Shown one piece after another: positions 1 to 6,749 of a DNA stretch of 36,166 bases. The DNA is from a virus (lineage: Duplodnaviria > Caudoviricetes), in IMG/VR virus record IMGVR_UViG_3300007643_000052, positions 1 through 36,166 of that record; one strand, 5' to 3'. Made by a program: the position numbers and the translations under genes. The first letter of the stretch is position 1. Each line of letters begins with the position of its first letter. The notes under the pieces were generated by a model. That model ran no database searches. It was given only the letters and a program-made list of their open reading frames with translations, and was not told the DNA's origin.

Positions 1-279
1 CAAACGTCTTTGTATTGGGATGATGCCAGCAGCATGAGCGATATACGGCTCGATTGCTGCGAAGTCATCAAACTGCTGCCGGATCTTCGCTTCATCCGCT
101 TCACCTGCTGGTACTCGCCAGTCATCTCCACGGGGCTTGTCAGCAATGAAGTTAAGGGCCCGTATAAGCATACGTCGGCCGTACAGCTCCTGCCATCGCG
201 TCATATCAGCAATGATCTTGTTCGCTGCCGCAGTGTACTCGCGTACCGGCACAAGACGTTCGGGGGATTCATTAGCCAC
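1..279 (-). CDS. Hypothetical early protein (partial, runs off the window start)
   Basis: Read manually: GTG at 279 preceded by GGGAGG; the frame (VANESPERLVPVREYTAAANK...) stays open to base 1 and overlaps the stop of the upstream gene. Confidence 0.7.
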   Translation of the reverse strand, partial: MANESPERLVPVREYTAAANKIIADMTRWQELYGRRMLIRALNFIADKPRGDDWRVPAGEADEAKIRQQFDDFAAIEPYIAHAAGIIPIQRRL

Positions 280-736
280 AATACAGCCTCCCTACGGCCG
301 CTATCATGTAGTCGGACCACTCCCCAGCCAGCCGCTCGGCCTGCTCCGAGTCTTCCCCATCCCAGAACCCGCCCGCCGCGAACGCACGGGCAAGGGCATT
401 CGCTTTGTCTAAGGGAAACTCCGGGGGTGCAATAAGTATACGACAGGGGTCTAGGTGGTCGTCGTTCGCAATTAAGAAATCGCATCCCGCGAACCCAGGT
501 TCGTGGCTAAACGCCTTCTCCGCCTCATACAGGGCCTGGCTCTCCGTAGCCCTCTTAGGGCAGTAATGCCGGACCTTCTTTCGGGGGCGGGGGGTCATCC
601 ACGTACATGTTTCATCCGTCTCGTTTAACGTACGTACCATATTTGCGTAGTAGTGAGACGCACCCCCCACCAGCCCAGCCCATGTCTCTACGGTAACCCG
701 CACTATATTTTGTTTTTTGTAATCGTAGTGTGCCAT
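272..736 (-). CDS. Hypothetical early protein, probably leaderless
   Basis: ORF 272..766; the likely start MAHYDYKK at 736 lies about 7 nt downstream of a -10 box. Confidence 0.7.
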   Translation of the reverse strand: MAHYDYKKQNIVRVTVETWAGLVGGASHYYANMVRTLNETDETCTWMTPRPRKKVRHYCPKRATESQALYEAEKAFSHEPGFAGCDFLIANDDHLDPCRILIAPPEFPLDKANALARAFAAGGFWDGEDSEQAERLAGEWSDYMIAAVGRLYCG

Positions 737-743
737 AATGCAA

Positions 744-771
744 AGTGTACTCGCTAAAGCACACATTGCAA
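744..771 (-). promoter_or_regulatory. sigma70-like promoter TTGCAA-16-TACACT
   Basis: Minus-strand hexamers at 766-771 and 744-749, in the intergenic gap. Confidence 0.55.
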
Positions 772-785
772 GTTAATTCTGCGTT

Positions 786-1034
786 TTAATCTTCCTCTTC
801 AGGTTCTAGTATCGTGTCCGCCTTAAGGTCGAACACAGTTTTCAGTGACCCCAGGTGTGCGTCCATGGCCAACGCCACCTCACTGACCGTGTTGAAGAAT
901 TGCGAGTCATTATAGATGGCCTGCACCACCTTGTCCATGGCTTTGCCGTACCTCTTGTCGGCATGCTTGTCAGCAGCCCGAATGTCCACATGTAACTGGC
1001 CATCCGATGTTCTATACCTATCTACGCGTTGCAT
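786..1034 (-). CDS. Hypothetical protein, 82 aa
   Basis: ATG with AGGAG RBS; co-oriented with its neighbours. Confidence 0.75.
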   Translation of the reverse strand: MQRVDRYRTSDGQLHVDIRAADKHADKRYGKAMDKVVQAIYNDSQFFNTVSEVALAMDAHLGSLKTVFDLKADTILEPEEED

Positions 1035-1069
1035 TCTAATCTCCTGATAAGGTGTCTAAGTGAACCGAA

Positions 1070-1097
1070 AGCCTACCACACCTTTACGGCATGGCAA
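1070..1097 (-). promoter_or_regulatory. sigma70-like promoter TTGCCA-16-(TGTGG)TAGGCT
   Basis: Intergenic; the extended -10 TG and GTGG context are shared with other promoters in the window. Confidence 0.6.
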
Positions 1098-1102
1098 GCG
1101 GA

Positions 1103-1366
1103 TTAAAATATATCTTTGAGAACGTTGGGTGGTGCTGCGGGTAGCCTGTGGGGTATTTCCACGCTTACCTTATGCCACTGGGGCCCCCCGGCATCGTCCA
1201 GGGGTATGTCCACGTCCGTGCCCACCAACCAGGGGGCATTCCAAGAGCCTATCGAGCGTCCTGCTTTCCACGCCTCCCCATCGGGTGCCATAAGTATGTG
1301 TTCATGCAAGCCAAACGAGTTTGTATTTTCGGATACCATAACAATACGGAATTTCTTAGTCTTCAT
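1103..1366 (-). CDS. Hypothetical protein (MKTKKFRIVMVSENTNSFGL...)
   Basis: Internal ATG at 1366 with AAGGA RBS; ATGA overlap with the upstream stop. Confidence 0.75.
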   Translation of the reverse strand: MKTKKFRIVMVSENTNSFGLHEHILMAPDGEAWKAGRSIGSWNAPWLVGTDVDIPLDDAGGPQWHKVSVEIPHRLPAAPPNVLKDIF

Positions 1367-1599
1367 CTTGTAATCCTTCGCTTGCCTAGCAAGCCAATAA
1401 GTAATGCTGCACCGCACAGTACTGCGGATGGCGTCGGTGCAGACTGGGGGCAATGGTAGTCTACTCTGGGGGCCGCATTGTGCTCCAGGGCCCATCCGAC
1501 GTCTTGCCCGTAGTCGTGGCCGACGTTCTCGCCGGTCGACTGTTCACGTCCAGGGTACGATTGTACCGCATTCCATCCGATTGAATTTACACTTGCCAC
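1363..1599 (-). CDS. Small protein with a PEP-CTERM-like (PTPSA-TM-KRR) C-terminus
   Basis: GTG with AAGGA RBS; ends APTPSAVLCGAALLIGLLGKRRITR. Confidence 0.6.
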   Translation of the reverse strand: MASVNSIGWNAVQSYPGREQSTGENVGHDYGQDVGWALEHNAAPRVDYHCPQSAPTPSAVLCGAALLIGLLGKRRITR

Positions 1600-1629
1600 G
1601 CTAATCCTTCCAAAAAAGTAATAAAAACT

Positions 1630-1818
1630 CTACGCTGATTTAAGTAGACCCCTGTCCACCACTTCCCTTGCTATCTCGGTGTAACTGCTGCCCTCATCAT
1701 AGAGACGTTTGGCGAGTTTAACGCCGGGCCCGCTAGGATACCCCCTACCATGAACAACCACATAATCACGCAAGGAATGGACACAGAAGGGGAATAGTTT
1801 ACATTCTAAGTCGGTCAT
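1630..1818 (-). CDS. Hypothetical protein, 62 aa
   Basis: ATG (MTDLECK) with GAGGG RBS, inside ORF 1630..1926. Confidence 0.6.
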   Translation of the reverse strand: MTDLECKLFPFCVHSLRDYVVVHGRGYPSGPGVKLAKRLYDEGSSYTEIAREVVDRGLLKSA

Positions 1819-2022
1819 AATCAAGCCCTCTCTAAGGTTAGTATTAAAATCAATCCTGGGAATCGGGAACCCAGACCCACGCCGCGACCCACACGCCATC
1901 GCACGCGTCACTAGTTTCTGGGGCATCGTCTATTTCTAAATTGTCATTTGATGGGATCGCGTAGACTTTCCGGGCCTTGTCAATCGCGGCATTTTCACGG
2001 GTAGTTTTATTTTCAGGCATAA

Positions 2023-2622
2023 TCAAGCACTTTCTAAGGTAGGTCCGAACACGGTATTTTCAACTATTTTAAAGGGGGTTGGCACTCGCCCGGCTTTGCG
2101 TACGGCGGACGTCCATACTGCAGCTTGTACTTCTGCAGGGGCCCAACCGAGCGAACGGGCCGCCAATCGTATACGCCCACATGCCCGGTCGTGTGTGGCG
2201 AGTCGGGCTAGGTTTTCTTGCTCGATGCCCAACGCCCGGGCCATCCACACGTCCAACACAATTGCGTCACCGACCCCAAGCAATGCTTGTGAGAATGGGG
2301 CTGTTTTAATGCCGCGTATCTCGCCCGACTCATTGTAGTGGTCTACTGCAACACGGGTAGGCCGCATGGTGGTGGGGTGGAATGTCTTATCCTTAACCAG
2401 ATAGTAGTTAGTCAATCGAATGTTTCGCTTGACGCTAACCCGTGGCGAGAATAACGCAAGGTAATCAGCGTATTCCCAAGGGGCGACACTGAGTATCTCT
2501 GCAGCGTGTTCAACCTCTTTTTTAGCGGCATGATACCAGTGTCTACCGCTGATACCTTCCTCTGCTAGGCCGATCAGCGTCTTGACGCTCGACATCCTAT
2601 GGGCGGGTTTATTTCCGATCAT
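2023..2622 (-). CDS. Conserved phage protein, HhH-GPD/DNA-glycosylase-like (DUF7178-like)
   Basis: Motifs G.HWY, LALFSPRVSV..N, GIKT.PF, IVLDVWM and EVQAAVW match a phage family recalled from memory; GGAG RBS before MIGNK. Confidence 0.6.
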   Translation of the reverse strand: MIGNKPAHRMSSVKTLIGLAEEGISGRHWYHAAKKEVEHAAEILSVAPWEYADYLALFSPRVSVKRNIRLTNYYLVKDKTFHPTTMRPTRVAVDHYNESGEIRGIKTAPFSQALLGVGDAIVLDVWMARALGIEQENLARLATHDRACGRIRLAARSLGWAPAEVQAAVWTSAVRKAGRVPTPFKIVENTVFGPTLESA

Positions 2623-2686
2623 TATTAACATCTCCAGATACGGTTACAATCATGATCACAATCAAAACGATTAATACGATTAACAT
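2609..2686 (-). CDS. Putative 25-aa membrane peptide MLIVLIVLIVIMIVTVSGDVNNDRK
   Basis: GGAG RBS then ATG at 2686; one hydrophobic stretch; overlaps the start of the next gene. Confidence 0.4.
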   Translation of the reverse strand: MLIVLIVLIVIMIVTVSGDVNNDRK

Positions 2687-2743
2687 ATTCTCCGTCCCTG
2701 CTAACCATAAGCATAAAGTAGCGAGCGTAGCATTAGTTATCAT

Positions 2744-2775
2744 AAAGCCTACCCGATGAATTAACATGGGGTAAG
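2744..2775 (-). promoter_or_regulatory. Repeated promoter/operator element, copy 1 (TTACCC-17-TAGGCT)
   Basis: 28/32 nt identical to 3154-3185; intergenic. Confidence 0.6.
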
Positions 2776-2784
2776 CGGGAGTAA

Positions 2785-3117
2785 TCAATAGCATTCAAGA
2801 AATTCAGCATTCCCGCCAGGGAGGATCAGGGTAACAGATGCTTGGTAGAATGTCCGGCCCGTGCGTCGAGCGAAGGAGTAAACTACCTCGTGTGGGGCAT
2901 TGGTGACGATGGACAGGGTGAACCCGGCTTCTATCACAGGTTTGGTGGTGGGCGATTCCTGCCAGGCCCCCTTGTGGGCGTACGTAGTATATCCTCCGAA
3001 TACTTCGGTCGCGTCAGTCTGAATCCTATGCATACGCGTAGGCTTCTCCATGGAGTTTAACGCGTTACCATGCTTATCAAATGTTGTAGCTACCATAATT
3101 CTATATTCTTGTAACAT
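2785..3117 (-). CDS. Hypothetical protein, DUF3574-like
   Basis: AAGGA RBS; pattern FGGYT...GAW...E...SIVT...FYQASV. Confidence 0.65.
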   Translation of the reverse strand: MLQEYRIMVATTFDKHGNALNSMEKPTRMHRIQTDATEVFGGYTTYAHKGAWQESPTTKPVIEAGFTLSIVTNAPHEVVYSFARRTGRTFYQASVTLILPGGNAEFLECY

Positions 3118-3153
3118 TTTTAAATCCTTATCAGAGTAGTAAATGAGCCAGTA

Positions 3154-3185
3154 AAAGCCTACCCCGTGAATTAACACGGGGCAAG
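3154..3185 (-). promoter_or_regulatory. Repeated promoter/operator element, copy 2 (TTGCCC-17-TAGGCT), palindromic spacer
   Basis: Inverted repeat CCCCGTG-AATTAA-CACGGGG at 3162-3181 spans the spacer and overlaps the -35. Confidence 0.65.
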
Positions 3186-3198
3186 TATATTGTGCTGA

Positions 3199-3564
3199 TT
3201 AGTGTGATCGGGGGTGGTGCAGGGCTTCGGCTACGCTTAGGGAACATCGCCTCGTTCGGCGAAACGCTACTTGGTGCCCGCCGAATACGATATCGTTACT
3301 GGGGACATCGTACACACGTATCGCGAAGCCACCCGCCAACAGGGTGTCATAGTACCCTTCCCACCACGTGGCGAGCATTTCCAGAGATTCGCACGCATAG
3401 AACACGTCGTCGTCAGGGCAATCTAAATACTCTGCCAGTTCCCTGTGATGGTACCCAAAGTCTTTGCTGGGGGGATGGTGCACGGGCCAACCACCACTGA
3501 ATGAAGCGTAGGGGCCGAAGCCATCATATTTCGGCTCTTCATGCTCTACTCGCCAGATTAACAT
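3199..3564 (-). CDS. Conserved phage hypothetical protein
   Basis: AAGGA RBS; pattern WRVE..G.GPY..HPP..SLEML..WW..GF.I.VY.V..GGHQVAF, which I recognise from phage early proteins. Confidence 0.75.
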   Translation of the reverse strand: MLIWRVEHEEPKYDGFGPYASFSGGWPVHHPPSKDFGYHHRELAEYLDCPDDDVFYACESLEMLATWWEGYYDTLLAGGFAIRVYDVPSNDIVFGGHQVAFRRTRRCSLSVAEALHHPRSH

Positions 3565-3610
3565 ACTCTTTTTGTCCTTGTTTGGAGTGAACGAGTGAGT
3601 GAGTTTCTGA

Positions 3611-3889
3611 TTAAATGGGGCAATCAGGGGTTTTATCAATGTGTGGGCTGTTCTCATTCGTGATGGACGCCCCCACGTTATCAGTTTTGATGGGATACCC
3701 AAGTCGCTTCATGAGGGCGAGCATGGGCTTCACACGCTCCCCCAGCCGGTAGCGGTTGGCAGTTTGGAGGTACGGGGCGGGAGATACTTGCTGGAGCCAC
3801 ACACCCAGTTCTACGTAGGTCTGGGGCCCCGCATCGTAGAGTCGTGTGGTTATGAGCCGGTATCGTTGCAATCGGTCGCTTTTTGTCAC
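3611..3889 (-). CDS. Hypothetical protein, possible winged-helix-like
   Basis: GTG with GAGG RBS; first gene of the leftward cassette; basic and helical. Confidence 0.6.
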   Translation of the reverse strand: MTKSDRLQRYRLITTRLYDAGPQTYVELGVWLQQVSPAPYLQTANRYRLGERVKPMLALMKRLGYPIKTDNVGASITNENSPHIDKTPDCPI

Positions 3890-4605
3890 CTTTTTTACCC
3901 TCGTTTGGAGTGAGTGAATGAGCCTACCCTTTTTGGGTACTTACAACATAACTTATGGTTGGAGTGTTGCAATTGTAAAGGGGTGTTTGGATTAAAAGAA
4001 TTGAAACGGGGTTGAGTGTATAAGTGTATAAGGAGGGGGGAGACGCTCTAAGTGTTTATGGGGCAGGGTTTAAGGTGTATATCCATTTTAATACTCCATA
4101 ATAGGAATTGATATAGGGAAAAGTTGAAACCTCTCTAATTGTGTATTGTTAGTATGTCTATTTGTATAGAAAGACGTGCAAATGGGATACAATTAGGGGG
4201 GTTTTTACTTTTTCTATAGTGAATGTGGCTTAGTGAGTATTGTTTTGGGGATGAACGTAAGTGTGCGTTGGATTATCGCCGGTTAACCGTTTAACCAACC
4301 CCCAAAACACCCCCTTTGTATAAATGCAACTAGGGATATCCCTAATGGACAAACGCTAAATCGTCTTAGGTGGTACTACATATAGCACCTAAGCGTGTGC
4401 GCCTACCATATGAAGCCTCATATCATGATGATATCACACATGGTACGTACACATAACCCCTTACACACACACAACATACACACCGAACATGAGGCGAACA
4501 GGTGGGCGTGTGCGGTGCGTGTGCAGTGGTCGGGGGGGCGGGTGTGACCTTTGCTTTCGTAAGTCGCGTGTGGGTATATGGTTATCTAGCAACCCCCTAC
4601 TCTCG

Positions 4606-4641
4606 CACTTATACAACTTGTACACTTATACAACTTATACA
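4606..4641. repeat. Four tandem ACTTRTAC(A) units
   Basis: cacttataca-acttgtac-acttataca-acttataca; two related copies in the opposite orientation at about 4014-4032 and one at 5048-5057. Confidence 0.75.
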
Positions 4642-4651
4642 AAGTTAAGCC

Positions 4652-4680
4652 TTTACAAACCCTCTCCTGTGTGGTATACT
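4652..4680 (+). promoter_or_regulatory. sigma70-like promoter TTTACA-17-(GTGG)TATACT, leaderless
   Basis: The -10 ends at 4680 and the ATG is at 4687 with no RBS. Confidence 0.7.
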
Positions 4681-4686
4681 GTCACC

Positions 4687-5043
4687 ATGAAAACAAGAAA
4701 CCCCCACCCACGTCTTCGGCTCAATGGCACCCATCACCAGAACCGTAAGCGGTATTTCGTCAACTCCCTCTGGACGAGGTACCGCATGACTGCGTCCGAG
4801 TTCATCAGCATGTACCACAGCCAACGTGGCCAGTGTGCGATCTGCCAGGGACGTATCCGCCTCGTGAGGCAGACCAGCGATCGGGCCAGCCTCATGAGCC
4901 TACGCGTCGACCACTGCCACCGCACAGGTAAGGTCAGGGGCTTCCTGTGCCACGGCTGCAACATACGTGTGGGGGCTGAGGAGAAGTGCAGGTACGGGGT
5001 GGCCCACCAAGATTGTCGTAAGTACCTGAACGCAAATGAGTAA
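4687..5043 (+). CDS. Recombination endonuclease VII family protein
   Basis: RYRMT..EF..M...Q.G.CAIC...L.VDHCH.TGKVRGFLC..CN signature. Confidence 0.92.
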   Translation: MKTRNPHPRLRLNGTHHQNRKRYFVNSLWTRYRMTASEFISMYHSQRGQCAICQGRIRLVRQTSDRASLMSLRVDHCHRTGKVRGFLCHGCNIRVGAEEKCRYGVAHQDCRKYLNANE

Positions 5044-5158
5044 AGTGCACTTATACAGTTCGTAAGAACCTACAAACTATTTGAAGGTCCGTCCCCGTCC
5101 ACCCGCAGATACCTCCATTCCCATCCAACGCCCTTACAACATTTTCATGTACTCTCAC

Positions 5159-5186
5159 TTGACTTTCACCAAAGCCGTGGTATACT
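5159..5186 (+). promoter_or_regulatory. sigma70-like promoter TTGACT-16-(GTGG)TATACT
   Basis: Near-consensus hexamers with an extended -10; intergenic. Confidence 0.75.
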
Positions 5187-5190
5187 ACAC

Positions 5191-5375
5191 GCGTGAAGAG
5201 TGCCACGCTCAATGAGACGGCTCTGCTTGACCTCCCGACGTGGGGCTCGATCCCACGAGCGGGACAAAGGTTTAGGACAGTAGTCGTTCAGTAGGTGCCC
5301 AACTATGAGTGGGGAGCCACGGGGAGATAACCCCCAGGAACTTGGCTTAGCAGCCGACACCTACTTTCGTCCTGA
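5191..5375 (+). ncRNA. Candidate structured RNA or 5' leader
   Basis: Nested pairings AGGAC/GTCCT, GTAGGTG/CACCTAC, CCCA/TGGG, AGCCA/TGGCT, GGGG/CCCC, plus a CGTGGG/CCCACG hairpin; directly downstream of a promoter. Confidence 0.45.
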
Positions 5376-5401
5376 TGACCGTTCACCCTTGGAGACCCAC
5401 C

Positions 5402-6184
5402 ATGTTCAACTTCCTAAAGAAACGTCCCACACGCAAAGAAGTCATCGCCGAGTGCAACCGCCTTGATAATCAGATCGCCGAGGACCGTGCAGGTAGCACA
5501 GCACTCCAGCACAAACTCACCCGCGAGATCACTGGCCTGCGGCATGCGAGATGCATCGACAACGACGCGTACTGCGGGCTGCAGACACTCTACAAACACG
5601 GACAAGCCACGTTACGTAAAGTGTGCGGTGAACTAGACGAGGCTTATAAGGAGTTGAAGGAAAGCAAAGGCGCGTTCGAGCTGCTCAATGACACCCATAC
5701 AATTACCGCCACCCTGCTTGACGACCAGCGAGTGCTCCGCCGTAAAGCAGAAGAGCGTGCGGGTGTGGCCGAACGTGAGCTGGCCAGCCTCCAATTCGTG
5801 AACGAGGTCGGTGGTGAGGCTCTTGACGAACAAGCCCAAAGTATTGAAGACCTGGGTGAACTCTACGAGCACGCCCAGCAAGTGTTTGTCACCGACAACT
5901 TCAAGGGGTACGCCCCGTACGGCGAAGACTGGACGGCACTTGTGTTGAAGGGGGACGACTCGTACGTTGAAGGCGGGCCCGCGTGGACCATGAGCATCAG
6001 CGTATATAGCGACGGAGAGCTGACATACATGGCGGACCTGTCGTTCACCTCCAAATCAGCCCGCGACGACGCCTTCGACCTGATGGACTTTGATAACGTC
6101 AAACGATTCGCTGATGACCCAGAGGGGTGCTTCGTTGTCAATGACGGTGAAGTCGATCTCGAAGGTACGTACTCAGAGGATTAA
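5402..6184 (+). CDS. Hypothetical protein with a coiled-coil N-terminal half and acidic C-terminal domain
   Basis: GGAG RBS before MFNFLKK; long ORF. Confidence 0.8.
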   Translation: MFNFLKKRPTRKEVIAECNRLDNQIAEDRAGSTALQHKLTREITGLRHARCIDNDAYCGLQTLYKHGQATLRKVCGELDEAYKELKESKGAFELLNDTHTITATLLDDQRVLRRKAEERAGVAERELASLQFVNEVGGEALDEQAQSIEDLGELYEHAQQVFVTDNFKGYAPYGEDWTALVLKGDDSYVEGGPAWTMSISVYSDGELTYMADLSFTSKSARDDAFDLMDFDNVKRFADDPEGCFVVNDGEVDLEGTYSED

Positions 6185-6192
6185 CCCGATCC

Positions 6193-6243
6193 GGTCAGGT
6201 AGAGCTGTGTGGCGGAGGGTCTCCCGCTCGCAGTTCCCTGGCC
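6193..6243 (+). other. Long intergenic hairpin
   Basis: GGTCAGG/CCTGGCC, GAGCTGTG/CGCAGTTC, GGCG/CGCT and GAG/CTC with several G-U pairs; no U tract follows. Confidence 0.55.
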
Positions 6244-6246
6244 CTT

Positions 6247-6325
6247 GGGGGCGAATGGATACGCCTCACAGGACAACCGCATGCGGCCCTGCTGAGCCAC
6301 GAGAGTTCGATTCTCTCCGCCTCCA
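6247..6325 (+). ncRNA. tRNA-like RNA resembling the tRNA-like domain of tmRNA, without an mRNA-like domain
   Basis: Acceptor stem GGGGGCG/CGCCTCC plus A with G3-U70; perfect T arm GAGAG-TTCGATT-CTCTC; stemless D-loop AATGGATACGC; extended helix CTCA-CAGG/CCTG-C-TGAG capped by CCG-CATG-CGG. Confidence 0.7.
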
Positions 6326-6368
6326 CTTTTATTCCGCTTCTCCTTACCTTCCGACAAGGACGTTTCCC

Positions 6369-6746
6369 ATGGCCGACGCACTCCTAGATAGCCTCTTCGC
6401 CCACGATCTCGCCCACCATCCACAACTACGCCACCGTGTTGAAATCATAGTGCTGCGTGTCGCTGCCACCATACTGGCCGAGCCCAACACCACCCCTGCA
6501 CACAACCAACGTGCCGCCCTCGCAGTCGAGGCCATCGCGGACCCCGTCTCCGTTGCACGCAGGGCAGCCTTGCTAGGGCTCGCAGTCACAGCATTGCCCG
6601 ACCTGATTACCGGGGCAACCAGTGTCAAGGAAGTGGTGGATAACAAGCAAGTCCTGCAGCAAGCTGACAGCCTGATTTCTGCGGCCGTCGTCGCAGGTTG
6701 GAACTCGTTGGCCGGTGTTTATACCCGTGAAGAGATCGGAGCGTAA
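6369..6746 (+). CDS. Conserved phage protein, probably virion-associated
   Basis: AAGGA RBS; RV...A.TI..E...TP.H.QR..LA...WNSLAG pattern. Confidence 0.75.
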   Translation: MADALLDSLFAHDLAHHPQLRHRVEIIVLRVAATILAEPNTTPAHNQRAALAVEAIADPVSVARRAALLGLAVTALPDLITGATSVKEVVDNKQVLQQADSLISAAVVAGWNSLAGVYTREEIGA

Positions 6747-6749
6747 GCG

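Noticed and set aside
4606-4641. CRISPR array (this repeat and the one at 12686-12793 were considered)
   Set aside because: The units are 6-15 nt, directly tandem and without spacers; no cas genes are present.
4489-4686. N-terminal extension of the endonuclease VII ORF
   Set aside because: It runs through repeats and a promoter; the ATG at 4687 fits a leaderless start.
5360-5400. Hammerhead ribozyme suggested by CTGATGA and a minus-strand GGACGAAA
   Set aside because: The core elements are not on one strand in the required order, and a three-stem junction cannot be built.
5291-5400. Cobalamin riboswitch or minimal RNase P RNA
   Set aside because: Only scattered word matches (GCCAC, GGAGACC, GAACTTGGCTTA). 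The AGGGAA/GGGAAG boxes and GAGGAAAGTCC are missing, and GGAG is explained as the RBS.
6190-6243. SRP RNA suggested by GGTCAGGT
   Set aside because: It lacks the GNRA-capped helix and the AGCAG partner strand.
6247-6325. Canonical tRNA-Met(CAT) or tRNA-Ala
   Set aside because: There is no D stem and no U8, and the CAT sits in a 4-nt loop (CCG-CATG-CGG) rather than a 7-nt anticodon loop.
6090-6368. N-terminal extension of ORF 6090..6746
   Set aside because: It overlaps the upstream gene and the structured RNAs; the RBS supports the start at 6369.
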